DNA of 64,000 bases from Candidatus Cloacimonadales bacterium (GCA_963662585.1 OY759729.1:2016001-2080000); one strand, 5' to 3'; counted from the first letter of the stretch, positions 1-9,979 are shown. Numbers and translations are program-made. Notes: generated from the sequence alone by a model not told the origin.

Positions 1-539
1 ATCTTCTTTCAGACAGAAAATTTGCTGGTGCTGATACTTGGGCAACTAGTAATACTTTAGCTGCTGCGGTTAGAAAAATAGGTGATTTTGATTTGATCCT
101 TTTTGGGCAACAAGCTATTGATGGTGATACTGCTCAAGTAGGACCTGGTGTTGCAACTCACCTTAACTTACCTCAAACTTGCTTTGTGCGTAAAATAGAG
201 AAAGTTGAAGCTGGTAAATTAACCTGCCAACGCCTCATGGAAGATGGCTACGATGTCGTAGAGATGGTTCTCCCAGCTGTAATCTCGGTTGTGAAAGAAA
301 TTAATACTCCAAGACTTCCTTCCCTCAGAGGTAAGAAGAATGCCCGTCAGGCTGTTCCTCAAGTCTGGAATGCAGAAATGTTAGATTTAGATGAAAAAAC
401 AATTGGCCTTAATGGCTCTCCAACTCAAGTTGTGGAAATATTCTCTCCTGAAACTCATAAAGAAGGACAGAAATTTGAAGGAACTCCTGAAGAGAGTGCA
501 GATTTAATAATAGATAGACTTAAGAAATTAACCGTTTAA
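1..539 (+). CDS. etfB: Electron transfer flavoprotein beta subunit (5'-truncated by window edge)
   Basis: Frame open from window start (DRKFAGADTWATS...); GQQAIDGDTAQVGP and EINTPRLPSL motifs of ETF-beta. Confidence 0.93.
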   Translation, partial: LLSDRKFAGADTWATSNTLAAAVRKIGDFDLILFGQQAIDGDTAQVGPGVATHLNLPQTCFVRKIEKVEAGKLTCQRLMEDGYDVVEMVLPAVISVVKEINTPRLPSLRGKKNARQAVPQVWNAEMLDLDEKTIGLNGSPTQVVEIFSPETHKEGQKFEGTPEESADLIIDRLKKLTV

Positions 540-548
540 TTATAAATT

Positions 549-580
549 AGCGACCTGCTTAGAGTTGGTCGCTTTTTTTA
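549..580 (+). terminator. Rho-independent terminator after etfB
   Basis: AGCGACC...GGTCGCT stem followed by T-run. Confidence 0.7.
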
Positions 581-594
581 TTTTAGGAGAAATA

Positions 595-1404
595 ATGATT
601 CAATTCCCTGACATTAAACCCTACATCTTCAAATTCAGTATTGGTAATTTCCCTTTAGAAATAAGATATTACGGACTTCTTTATTTAATAAGTTTTGCTT
701 TAGGATATATATTTGTTCGCAAGAACTTGCACTATAGAGCTATAGAATTATCTAAAGAGAAATTTAGCGACTTAATCTTCTATATTGCTCTCGGAGTTAT
801 AATTGGAGGCCGAGTAGGCTATATGTTCTTTTATGCTCTTCCCGAATTTTTGGGAAATCCCCTAACTCTCTTCCAAGTTTGGGAAGGAGGAATGTCTTTT
901 CATGGCGGACTTTTAGGTGTGATTATTGCTGGTTACATTTTTGCTCGTAAAGAAAAAATAAGTTTTCTCGGTGGGGCAGATGTGGTAATGCCTTGGGCAG
1001 CCTTAGGTTTAGGTTTAGGTCGTCTAGGTAACTTCATTAATGCTGAATTATATGGATCTCCAACTGATTTACCATGGGGAGTAGTTTTTCCAGGAGAAAC
1101 AATTGCTCGTCATCCATCTCAACTTTATGAAATGTTCTTTGAAGGTATTCTTATGTTTTTCCTATTGCAATTTATGGTCAAAAAAATTAAGACAGAAGGA
1201 TATGTCTTTTGGGCCTTCTTTATCTTCTATGGAGTAGTTAGGTTCTTGATAGAGTTTATCAGACTTCCAGATGATATTGCATCACTTTACCCTAATGGTT
1301 TACTCTATGGAGTACTGCCAATGTCTCAAGGGCAATTTCTTAGCTCATTGATGATTATCGCCGGAATAATAGGCGTTATTCTTATTTATAGGAAAGAAAA
1401 ATGA
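595..1404 (+). CDS. lgt: Prolipoprotein diacylglyceryl transferase
   Basis: YYGLLY, GGRVGY, WEGGMSFHGG, GRLGNFINAELYG, RHPSQLYE motifs; AGGAG RBS supports ATG 595 rather than 565. Confidence 0.96.
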   Translation: MIQFPDIKPYIFKFSIGNFPLEIRYYGLLYLISFALGYIFVRKNLHYRAIELSKEKFSDLIFYIALGVIIGGRVGYMFFYALPEFLGNPLTLFQVWEGGMSFHGGLLGVIIAGYIFARKEKISFLGGADVVMPWAALGLGLGRLGNFINAELYGSPTDLPWGVVFPGETIARHPSQLYEMFFEGILMFFLLQFMVKKIKTEGYVFWAFFIFYGVVRFLIEFIRLPDDIASLYPNGLLYGVLPMSQGQFLSSLMIIAGIIGVILIYRKEK

Positions 1405-2033
1405 AAAAAATAATTATATTACTACTATTAGTCTTATTGCTAATGGGCTGTTCTTCACTTAAAGAATTAACTAATAGACAGAAAGAAGAACTTGTTAGAG
1501 CCAATCTTTCTTACTTGAATAAATTTAAGTCTGAAGGTGTACTCGAAGTTTCTATCAAAGGTTTTTCTCTTAAAAAAGAGTTTGTTCTCAAGAAAAATCA
1601 GAATAGCCTCAGATTAGATGTCATAGATTCAGGTATTTTTTCTTTACTACCTTCCCCTTTTGCTACACTTTTTGCCAAGGATAATATCGTTATTACCAAC
1701 TATAATAAAGGCTTGCTCCCTGATTTAGTTTTAGATAAATTTCCTCTGAAAGAGTTTTTAGATTTAGAAAAACTACCTCAAGGCATAATCGACGAAATAG
1801 TTAAAAATAGAAAATTCGCTCTTGCTATTATTCAGTTTGAATTTGATGAGCTTTATAGAATGAATAAAATATTGCTTAATAAGGATGTTATTTCCTTTAA
1901 ATATAATGGACTCGATTTAACAGGAATTGAATTAAATTCTGCAAAAGCTGATGTAAAAATAGATTTTGATAGTTTTGAAACAGGAGATTATCCTATTAAT
2001 CCACTAGAATTAAAAAATAATATAATAGATTAG
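1401..2033 (+). CDS. Hypothetical lipoprotein
   Basis: MKK + hydrophobic stretch + LMGC lipobox; start overlaps the lgt stop. Confidence 0.75.
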   Translation: MKKIIILLLLVLLLMGCSSLKELTNRQKEELVRANLSYLNKFKSEGVLEVSIKGFSLKKEFVLKKNQNSLRLDVIDSGIFSLLPSPFATLFAKDNIVITNYNKGLLPDLVLDKFPLKEFLDLEKLPQGIIDEIVKNRKFALAIIQFEFDELYRMNKILLNKDVISFKYNGLDLTGIELNSAKADVKIDFDSFETGDYPINPLELKNNIID

Positions 2034-2041
2034 GAGTTGAA

Positions 2042-3340
2042 ATGATTGAAAGATATTCCCGCCCTGAAATGACAAATATTTGGGGAATGCAGAATCGCTA
2101 TCAATGTTGGTTGGATGTGGAGATAGCTGCTTGTAAAGCTATGAATGAAAAAGGGATTATCCCTTCAGAAGATTTAAAGAATATTGTTGAAAAGGCTGAT
2201 TTTAAGGTTGAAAGAATAGACGAAATTGAACTTACTACCAAACACGATATTATTGCTTTCTTGACTAATGTTGCAGAGTTCGTAGGTCCATCTTCTCGCT
2301 GGATTCATTATGGAATGACTTCCTCAGATGTCCTAGACACAGCTACTGCCTTGCAGTGTAAACAAGCAGGACAGCTTATTCTGGGAGAATTAGAAGTATT
2401 TGCTGAAACACTTAGACTAAAAGCGATTAAATATAAAGATACTGTTTCTATCGGTCGCTCTCATGGTATTCACGCAGAACCTACCTCCTTTGGTTTAAAA
2501 TTTACCCTCTGGTTTGATGAAATTAATCGTAATATCGCTAGAATGAAAAGAGCTATTGATGTTATTTCGGTTGGTCAAATATCCGGAGCTGTAGGTAACT
2601 ATGCTCATCTCTCTCCTGAGATCGAAGAACTAGCTTGTAAGCACTTAGATCTAAAACCGGTTAATATCTCTACTCAGGTAATTCAACGCGACAGACATGC
2701 CGAATTCCTCACTACCTTAGCTCTTATTGCTTCTGCTATTGAAAAGATAGCAGTTGAAATTAGGCACTTGCAAAGAACAGAAGTTAGAGAAGCTGAAGAA
2801 AGATTCACTAAAGGTCAAAAAGGTTCTTCTGCTATGCCTCATAAAAGAAACCCTATTGTGACTGAACAAATGACAGGTCTAGCTAGACTTATCAGATCAA
2901 ATGCAATGGCTTCCTTGGAAAACAATGCTCTTTGGCATGAAAGAGATATTTCTCACTCTTCAGTAGAAAGAATTATTCTGCCAGATTCAACTATCTTAAT
3001 CCACTATATGCTTGGGAAAATGATTAAATTAATCGATAACTTAGCTGTTTATGAAGAGAATATTAAAAAGAATTTAGAGCTTACAGGAGGCTTAGTCTTC
3101 TCTCAAGTTCTTTTGCTAAAACTTGCTTCTCGCGGGGTTTCTCGTGAAGATAGTTACGCTATGGTGCAAGGAAATGCTATGAAAGCTTGGGAAGAAGGAG
3201 CTAACTTCAAAGAATTAATTCTTAATGACCAAGCCATTATGAGCGTGATTTCTAAAGAAGATTTTGATGAAGTATTCTCTTATGATAGATATATTCAAAA
3301 TGTTGATTTTATCTTGAAAAGAAGTGGTGTAATTAAATAA
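2042..3340 (+). CDS. purB: Adenylosuccinate lyase
   Basis: MIERYSRPEM start, HYGMTSSD, GSSAMPHKRNP signature, HERDISHSSVER. Confidence 0.97.
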   Translation: MIERYSRPEMTNIWGMQNRYQCWLDVEIAACKAMNEKGIIPSEDLKNIVEKADFKVERIDEIELTTKHDIIAFLTNVAEFVGPSSRWIHYGMTSSDVLDTATALQCKQAGQLILGELEVFAETLRLKAIKYKDTVSIGRSHGIHAEPTSFGLKFTLWFDEINRNIARMKRAIDVISVGQISGAVGNYAHLSPEIEELACKHLDLKPVNISTQVIQRDRHAEFLTTLALIASAIEKIAVEIRHLQRTEVREAEERFTKGQKGSSAMPHKRNPIVTEQMTGLARLIRSNAMASLENNALWHERDISHSSVERIILPDSTILIHYMLGKMIKLIDNLAVYEENIKKNLELTGGLVFSQVLLLKLASRGVSREDSYAMVQGNAMKAWEEGANFKELILNDQAIMSVISKEDFDEVFSYDRYIQNVDFILKRSGVIK

Positions 3341-3363
3341 TTATAACTAAAAATAGAATATCT

Positions 3364-3392
3364 AAGGGCGTAGAAATATACGCCCTTATTTT
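3364..3392 (+). terminator. Terminator after purB
   Basis: AAGGGCGTA-loop-TACGCCCTT followed by ATTTT. Confidence 0.7.
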
Positions 3393-3504
3393 AATATAAA
3401 CTTGAATTGGAAGTTTGGCAAGGTCATGATAATAAATATTCTTGCCAAAAAAACTAACATCTATATTATATCATGCAATGAATAAATAGAATAAAGAGGT
3501 AAAG

Positions 3505-4953
3505 ATGAAATATTCCAATGATGCAATAACTCAAGGTGTATTAGAAATTTTTGAAGCTATAAATAGAATTCCTAGAAAATCTAAAAATGAAGAGAAAATC
3601 TCTCAATGGTTACTAAACTGGGGAGTTGAACACGGATTTATGTCAGAAATGGACCAAGTCCGTAATGTATTAATCAGAGTTCCAGCAACTCCCGGTTATG
3701 AAGATAAGCCAGTAGTTACCCTTCAAGGACACATGGACATGGTGTGTGTTAAAGATCCTGAAGTAGTGCATGACTTCTTTAAAGATCCAATTACTATGAA
3801 AGTCGAAGATGGTTGGCTAAAAGCTAATGGAACAACTTTAGGTGCTGATAATGGTATCGCTTTAGCAATTGCTATGTACCTTGCTACTGATAAAAATGCT
3901 AAGCATGGTGCTTTAGAACTCCTCTTTACTGTGGATGAAGAAACAGGTCTTACTGGTGCTGCAGCCGTTAAAGAAGGATGGCTTGCTGGTAAATATTTGC
4001 TTAACATAGATTCAGAAGATGAAGGTGTCTTTACTATCGGTTGCGCAGGTGGAGAAGAAACAAAACTCTACTACCAGCTAGAATTAACAGAGCCAACAGA
4101 AGGTTTTAAAGCTATGCAACTTAAGGTTTCTAAGCTTATGGGTGGACACTCAGGTGTGATGATTACTGAGCAACAAGCGAACGCTATTCAAATTGCTAAC
4201 CGTGTAATTATAGAATTAGATTCAGCCTGTGATATTGAAATCTCTAACTATCACGGTGGTATCGCTCATAATGCAGTTCCACATAATGCTGAAATTGATT
4301 TCTACATTAACCCAGACGATATTGAAGATGCTAAAGAAATTATTGCCGAATGCCAAGAAACTATGAGAAAAGAGTTCATTACTTCTGACCCTAATATGAC
4401 TTTTGAGTTATTAGAAGTCCAAAGAAAAGAGCAAGTCTTTACCCGTGAATTTGCAACTAAAATTGTGCAAGTATTAGCTGTCTTCCCTCACGGTATCTTT
4501 AGAATGTCTAAACAGATTAAAGATTTAGTAGAAACTTCAAACAACTTGGCTCTTATCAATACTGCTGATGACCAAATAACAATTACCTCTTCTCAAAGAT
4601 CTTCTGTTATGTCTATGCTTCAAGTACTTACTGATAAAATCCACTTCTTAGGATTCTTAACAGGTGCTAAAGTTGAAAACAGGGATCCTTATAACGCTTG
4701 GGAACCTATCTGGGACTCAAATCTTCTTGATAAAACTAAGGCTACTTATAAGAAAATAACAGGTCATGAACCAGTTATTGAAGTTATTCATGCTGGTTTA
4801 GAATGTGGCTTGATTGGTAGCAAATACCCTGAAATGGAAATGATTTCTATGGGACCAACTATCAGAAATGTTCATACTCCTAGAGAAGAACTTCTTATCG
4901 AAGATATTGCTAAAATCTATACTTTTATTAAAGAATTGTTGTTGGTGGTATAG
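3505..4953 (+). CDS. pepD: Aminoacyl-histidine dipeptidase (M20C, PepD)
   Basis: LQGHMDMVC, GTTLGADNGIA, TVDEETGLTGA, NIDSEDEG, GGHSG, IHAGLECG motifs. Confidence 0.94.
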   Translation: MKYSNDAITQGVLEIFEAINRIPRKSKNEEKISQWLLNWGVEHGFMSEMDQVRNVLIRVPATPGYEDKPVVTLQGHMDMVCVKDPEVVHDFFKDPITMKVEDGWLKANGTTLGADNGIALAIAMYLATDKNAKHGALELLFTVDEETGLTGAAAVKEGWLAGKYLLNIDSEDEGVFTIGCAGGEETKLYYQLELTEPTEGFKAMQLKVSKLMGGHSGVMITEQQANAIQIANRVIIELDSACDIEISNYHGGIAHNAVPHNAEIDFYINPDDIEDAKEIIAECQETMRKEFITSDPNMTFELLEVQRKEQVFTREFATKIVQVLAVFPHGIFRMSKQIKDLVETSNNLALINTADDQITITSSQRSSVMSMLQVLTDKIHFLGFLTGAKVENRDPYNAWEPIWDSNLLDKTKATYKKITGHEPVIEVIHAGLECGLIGSKYPEMEMISMGPTIRNVHTPREELLIEDIAKIYTFIKELLLVV

Positions 4954-5020
4954 AAGATAAAAGAACTTAGTCACCGATAACACTGATTATCACGGGTAAT
5001 AGAAAATATTCACTAAGTTA

Positions 5021-5050
5021 TAGGGGCAACTTTTATGGTTGCCCTATTTT
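5021..5050. terminator. Hairpin between convergent pepD and abiEii (likely bidirectional terminator)
   Basis: GGGCAAC-TTTTATG-GTTGCCC. Confidence 0.6.
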
Positions 5051-5916
5051 GCTTGGGTTAAATATGCTTCTGTGATATTAACAAAGAAATCTTCTGACCA
5101 CAGTTGCAACTTCTCACCATCTTTGATGAAGGGAAGAACATCTTGTTTAGCTTGCTCATAATCTATATTATGAAACTTCTCTTGCAACATTTCAAGTAAG
5201 ACTTGATTCGACATAGTTGAATCTTGCGCCAAATGACCAGACTGCTTCATCCGTGCTTGGAGATGTTTTAGATTAAGTGGTGATGATTTTGACAGATACC
5301 AAACGAAATCATAGAGATCTCTTCCTTTAATTCTTGTTTTCCAAGCTCTACAAAGTAAAGCATGTAATTTGCCAGCAAAAAGTGATGATTCAGAGAATAG
5401 TTTTACAGAAAAGGGAATGGGATTAAGTAGGTATTTTACCTCATACTCACCATATTGAGGAGGATTTATATCTACTTCTAACTTGATTTTTAGCTGTTCA
5501 TTATGATTTATAGGCAGTCTATTAAATTTATCAGGGGTTATTCTCAGCAGATTTACCACAGTATTCCCTTTGATAAAGGCAGACATTACATCACTTTCCT
5601 TAGCTTTCTTCTTTTGCTCTGCTTTCATTTCAAAGCCATAAGCAGCTAATTCAGTTTCTATAAACTTCAGGTATTTATTCAAGTCAAAATTACTATCTGC
5701 TTCATATAAAGAGAAATCTAAATCCTCAGAGAATCTATCTAAGCCATAAAAGATTCTTAAGGCAGTTCCTCCATAAAAAGCAGCCTTAGTATAGAAGTTC
5801 CCACGAAACAATCCTAATAAAGCAATCTCTTGAACAATCTCTTTCAAGGCATTTTTCTTTTCTTCTATTGTATTGGCTTCATACTTGGCTAACATTGTAT
5901 GAATAGGATTCATCAT
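5044..5916 (-). CDS. abiEii: AbiEii-family nucleotidyltransferase toxin (type IV TA)
   Basis: FYGGTALRIFYGLDRFSEDLDF, KLHALL and RIKGRDLYD motifs; ATG 5916 has an AAGGAG RBS and an ATGA overlap with the antitoxin stop. Confidence 0.9.
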   Translation of the reverse strand: MMNPIHTMLAKYEANTIEEKKNALKEIVQEIALLGLFRGNFYTKAAFYGGTALRIFYGLDRFSEDLDFSLYEADSNFDLNKYLKFIETELAAYGFEMKAEQKKKAKESDVMSAFIKGNTVVNLLRITPDKFNRLPINHNEQLKIKLEVDINPPQYGEYEVKYLLNPIPFSVKLFSESSLFAGKLHALLCRAWKTRIKGRDLYDFVWYLSKSSPLNLKHLQARMKQSGHLAQDSTMSNQVLLEMLQEKFHNIDYEQAKQDVLPFIKDGEKLQLWSEDFFVNITEAYLTQAK

Positions 5917-6503
5917 GATAATTGCTCCTTTTCTAACCATATAGCAAATTCTCCACAAATATTCCTCTTATAATCTGGAGCTACCTGCTTGACCATCTCT
6001 AAATCTAATGTCTTTATAAGCTCTTCATCTAACCGTAAATCATCATAAAGAAGCTCTTCTATAGAATTATCATATTTTGATATTCTATAGAGTGTATCAA
6101 GCAGAGCTTTCTCAGGAATAGCAATAAGGAAAGAGTGGTCTCCCTCAGTAATCTTATCAACTCCCCAAGGAAATACTAAATCAGGAACATGATAATAATG
6201 AAAACTACCTATCTTAGTAGTATAAGTCTTTGTCTTATTCTTCTGAAAGGAAGCATTCATAACAAGATGAACCTTTTCTGGTATTAATCCATAATACGAC
6301 AAAGCACTTTCAAAAGATATATATGATGGACCATACAAAGTATTAGCAATTTCAAACAAGGAATGCCCCTCGGGCTTACTATCTAAATATAAGCCTCGTC
6401 TGAGTTGAATCAACTCCTCACTCTCTAGTAACCTGGTAATCTTAGCTTTAGGAGATGCGAAATCCCTAAGCTTATCTAACAAATCAGTATGAGTTATAAT
6501 CAT
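5913..6503 (-). CDS. abiEi: AbiEi-family antitoxin / transcriptional regulator
   Basis: LIQLRRGLY wHTH segment, PSYISFESALSYYGLIPE and PEKALLD motifs; GGAGG RBS supports start 6503. Confidence 0.87.
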   Translation of the reverse strand: MIITHTDLLDKLRDFASPKAKITRLLESEELIQLRRGLYLDSKPEGHSLFEIANTLYGPSYISFESALSYYGLIPEKVHLVMNASFQKNKTKTYTTKIGSFHYYHVPDLVFPWGVDKITEGDHSFLIAIPEKALLDTLYRISKYDNSIEELLYDDLRLDEELIKTLDLEMVKQVAPDYKRNICGEFAIWLEKEQLS

Positions 6504-6508
6504 CACTT

Positions 6509-6551
6509 CCTCCAGTAAGTACATTTAATTGTACTTGCCGGAGGATGTCAA
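6509..6551 (-). promoter_or_regulatory. abiE promoter with inverted-repeat operator
   Basis: CCTCCAGTAAGTACA-N6-TGTACTTGCCGGAGG (13/15 inverted repeat, 6509-6544) next to TTGACA on the minus strand (6546-6551); AbiEi proteins are known to autorepress via promoter inverted repeats. Confidence 0.7.
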
Positions 6552-6645
6552 GATGTTTTCTTGTACTTTTTATAATTTCCCAAAATACCAAAAAAGAAAA
6601 AACAAAATTTAACATATATTCAAACTATTTTCAATAATAATAAAA

Positions 6646-7176
6646 GGCTCTTGTTCGAGTCTGGTGGAAATTATTAAGCATTTCCTTGCACCTTATTATT
6701 GTATTACAGTAAGTTAGGGCTTATAGTATACAAGAAATAGAAGATTTTATGCTAAATAAGACTTAATCCTGACTTGTGAGGGCCTAGCTTTAGCGAAGAT
6801 CAAAGGATAATTCTTATATCCCTAGCGGGGATTAATAGATTAGCCCAGGGTAAAATCCTGACTTGTGAGGGCGTAGCTTTTAAGCGAAGACTCAAGGGAT
6901 TGCAACCCTGGGCTATGATGTACACAAAAAGTGTAACCCTGTAAGGGTTTAATAATAATGTATATACAAAGGTTTTATTATATAAATCAGTTACTCTTCT
7001 ATTAAACCCTTACAGGGTTATGTGCGTATTTTTGGATATTGTACCTGGGGTGACGATCCCTATAGGATCTTACCCCAGGCTAATCTATTAATCCCTTTCA
7101 GGGATATTTTAACCATTATTATTAACTAAACTGTTTCGTTATAAATTCATCTTTCCACCAGACTTGAACTTGAGCC
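6646..7176. mobile_element. Non-autonomous MITE-like element (531 bp)
   Basis: TIRs GGCTCTTGTTCGAGTCTGGTGGAAA / revcomp GGCTCAAGTTCAAGTCTGGTGGAAA (22/25); flanking 8-bp direct repeat TAATAAAA (6638-6645, 7177-7184); no ORF >=60 aa. Confidence 0.8.
6765..7107. repeat. Nested REP/REPIN-like palindromes inside the MITE
   Basis: Direct repeat AATCCTGACTTGTGAGGGC(C/G)TAGCTTT..AGCGAAGA x2; inverted pair ~6816-6851 / 7072-7107; perfect inverted pair TAACCCTGTAAGGGTTTAATA (~6934) / TATTAAACCCTTACAGGGTTA (7000-7020). Confidence 0.75.
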
Positions 7177-7200
7177 TAATAAAAGCAATCAAACACAATA

Positions 7201-7226
7201 ATGGGCAACCATAAGAGATTGCCCAT
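7201..7226 (-). terminator. Hairpin downstream of tldE-like gene
   Basis: ATGGGCAA...TTGCCCAT. Confidence 0.55.
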
Positions 7227-7256
7227 ATTTAAAGATAATATTTCTATCTATTTATT

Positions 7257-8540
7257 TTAGAACCTAGTATTATCCACTAAAGTGAAGTCCTTAATTAGCA
7301 TAGTAGGGATAATTGAATGAGTATCATTAACAACTTGTTTTCCCAGAGCAAGAATCCGTCTTGTCATATCATGAGGAATCTCATTCCAGCGGAAGTTATT
7401 AACAGATTTCTCGACTTTACCATTTTTGAAGTAAAGAACACCGTCACGGGTAAGTCCAGTTAATTCACCACTCTTACCATCAATAACTCTGATATACCAG
7501 AAGCGATTGATAATAAGTCCTTCATCAACCATTTTCATCATATCCTCTTCACTCTTATCACCGCCAGCGATAACAATATTAAAAGGTTGATTAACATACT
7601 TGAGATCATGTTGTTGAGCATAGGATTTTCCGGTTGGAAGATTCATCAAGACACCATCTTTAGCCCACTCAGTATTTTGGTTAAGCAGACCAGAACCATC
7701 AAAGGCTTGTCTCATAATGCGATCATCATCTAAAGTTGAGCACATATCGAAGTCTTTACCAAAGAAATGTTTACCAATTTGATTTGAGAAAGGAGTCATA
7801 CCTAAATCAGCTCCTCTTCTATCCATGAACCAGCTCATGAATGAGAAGATATCAATCACAGCTTGGGGACGAAGAATTACAGGAATCTTGCATGGTAACA
7901 TTTCATTAGCTTTATCAATAGCTTGGAAGTTAGTATTTAACTCAGCGAGCATTGCTTCTATGTCATGAAGTTTCTTTCTAATTACAGATCTTGAAACTCT
8001 AGTTTCTCTTTCATCTTTCTTGATAGTCATGGAATGTTCGAAAATAGTATAATTATTTTCGCCGATAAAACCATTCTTAGTAGTTAGGAATGAGTTTATG
8101 ATATGACGAGAAACCATACCGGAAACCACGGCATCTTGTTCTAAAGCGTTATCTACACATCTTTTGATAATAACTAAGTGATCTTCAACTGTAAGGTCAG
8201 CAATTTCTTGATCGAAGTTATTATAATCAAGAAACTCTTTAGCTCCTTCAGAAGGAATATACTCTTTGTCTTCTGAAGTATGAAGAGCGATAGTTTTAGC
8301 ATTAGCTAATCTTTCTAAGATAAAATATTCGTCAAGTTGGTCTATAGAAACGGATCCACTCTTGGAACCATAATATAAAGTTACATCAATAGAGAACTTA
8401 ACCCCAGACATATTTTGAGTGATTCTATTTTGAGCAAAACGAGTATCTAAAGAGTCTTTAACTCTTGCTTCTATAGCATAATCATCAGCGTCTATGTTTT
8501 TCTTGATAAAGTCAATAGTAGTTTTAAGTTTGTTTATCAT
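7257..8540 (-). CDS. TldE/PmbA-family protein
   Basis: TRFAQNRITQN, LIINRFWYIR, LTGLTRDG, NNFRWNE; coupled to the tldD-like gene; no HExxxH. Confidence 0.85.
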   Translation of the reverse strand: MINKLKTTIDFIKKNIDADDYAIEARVKDSLDTRFAQNRITQNMSGVKFSIDVTLYYGSKSGSVSIDQLDEYFILERLANAKTIALHTSEDKEYIPSEGAKEFLDYNNFDQEIADLTVEDHLVIIKRCVDNALEQDAVVSGMVSRHIINSFLTTKNGFIGENNYTIFEHSMTIKKDERETRVSRSVIRKKLHDIEAMLAELNTNFQAIDKANEMLPCKIPVILRPQAVIDIFSFMSWFMDRRGADLGMTPFSNQIGKHFFGKDFDMCSTLDDDRIMRQAFDGSGLLNQNTEWAKDGVLMNLPTGKSYAQQHDLKYVNQPFNIVIAGGDKSEEDMMKMVDEGLIINRFWYIRVIDGKSGELTGLTRDGVLYFKNGKVEKSVNNFRWNEIPHDMTRRILALGKQVVNDTHSIIPTMLIKDFTLVDNTRF

Positions 8541-9979
8541 TTTGAACCTCCTACCATGATATTTCTAAAGAGTGTTGGAGAAGCTCCGTGAGTCATTCTG
8601 CCAGTTTGCCCTGGCTGACCTTTTCCACAATTATTAACACCCCAAGATTTCCAGAAGCGTTTATCAGCAATAGCTTCTACACTATTCCAGAATTCCGGAT
8701 TATTTGATCTGTAAAGAATCTTTTTAAGAGGTCTAGTTCTCTTACCATTCTTGATTTCCCAGAACATATCTCCACCAAATTGGAAGTTTATTCTATGTTG
8801 GTCAATAGAGAAAGAACCTTGTCCTTCAATCATTACACCTTCATCTACTGCAGAGATTAGGTCATTAGGACTACACTCTTCCTTACCAGGCTCCATATAA
8901 AGGTTAGGTATTCTGTTAATCGGCATATCATAGTAGTTAGTTGCTCTATTACAGCCACGACTAAGTGTCTGACCAATAAATGAAGCAGTATCACGGGTTG
9001 TACCATATTCATTAAGAATACCATCTTTGATAATTTGCCACTCTTGATTTGGTACACCATCATCATCATAACCAGCAGTTGCCATACCACCAGCTAACTT
9101 ATTATTGGCAGTAAAGTTAACTATTTTAGCACCATATTGATAGTTTTTGAGCTTTTCAGGAGTAGCAAAAGAGATACCTGCAAAGTCGGCTTCCCAGCCT
9201 AAAACTCTATCTAATTCAGTAGGATGTCCTACAGATTCGTGCATAGTTAGAGCTAAGTGATCTGGATTTAAGACCAAATCACGGCGTTTGTCTCCAGGTA
9301 AAGAATCAGCATTTAGCTTCATAATAGCTTCTCTAGCTACACGATCAGCATTCTCTAACATTCTTAAATCAAGTACATGTTCCCAACCGGCAGCTGTAGC
9401 CCCTGGATTGAAAGAGCGTGATTGGCTATCTTCTGAATTAACTGCTACGGCAGTATAGGAAGGATAGACATAAGTTGTGTCGATGTTAAGATGAGAACCA
9501 TCACTGTTGATTAGTATTTTGTGATCATTTTGAGAAATAACCATAGCTCTAGCTTGTTTTATATCATTATAAGAAAGCAGAGTCCTATTAATTTCTAAGA
9601 GCATATCGATTTTTTCTTTAGGGCTTACTGAAAATGGATCGATACAGACTGGAGTTTTGTAAGTATCTATATAGCCTCTTTCAGGAGTAAGTTGTAATTT
9701 GAAGTTTTTATTTATTTCAGATGAAGCTAAGGCAATATTAAAAGCTGACTTAACAGTGTCTATTATTGCATCTTTAGTGAAGATCTTATTATGAGCAAAG
9801 CCCCAGGCTCCATTTTTGAAGACTCTGATGCCATAACCATAAGAATCATCATTATTGAATCTTTTTACATTGAGGTCACGAACAAATATAAATTCTCGTT
9901 TAGTTCTCTGGATTCTAATATCAGCAAAATCAGCTCCGAGTGAGCGAGCATAATCTATTGCTATCTTTCCTAGTTCCAT
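8537..9979 (-). CDS. tldD: TldD-family metalloprotease
   Basis: GYGIRV..GAWGFA, HESVGHPTELDR (HExxGH), YDDDGV, CGKGQP motifs. Confidence 0.9.
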   Translation of the reverse strand: MELGKIAIDYARSLGADFADIRIQRTKREFIFVRDLNVKRFNNDDSYGYGIRVFKNGAWGFAHNKIFTKDAIIDTVKSAFNIALASSEINKNFKLQLTPERGYIDTYKTPVCIDPFSVSPKEKIDMLLEINRTLLSYNDIKQARAMVISQNDHKILINSDGSHLNIDTTYVYPSYTAVAVNSEDSQSRSFNPGATAAGWEHVLDLRMLENADRVAREAIMKLNADSLPGDKRRDLVLNPDHLALTMHESVGHPTELDRVLGWEADFAGISFATPEKLKNYQYGAKIVNFTANNKLAGGMATAGYDDDGVPNQEWQIIKDGILNEYGTTRDTASFIGQTLSRGCNRATNYYDMPINRIPNLYMEPGKEECSPNDLISAVDEGVMIEGQGSFSIDQHRINFQFGGDMFWEIKNGKRTRPLKKILYRSNNPEFWNSVEAIADKRFWKSWGVNNCGKGQPGQTGRMTHGASPTLFRNIMVGGSK

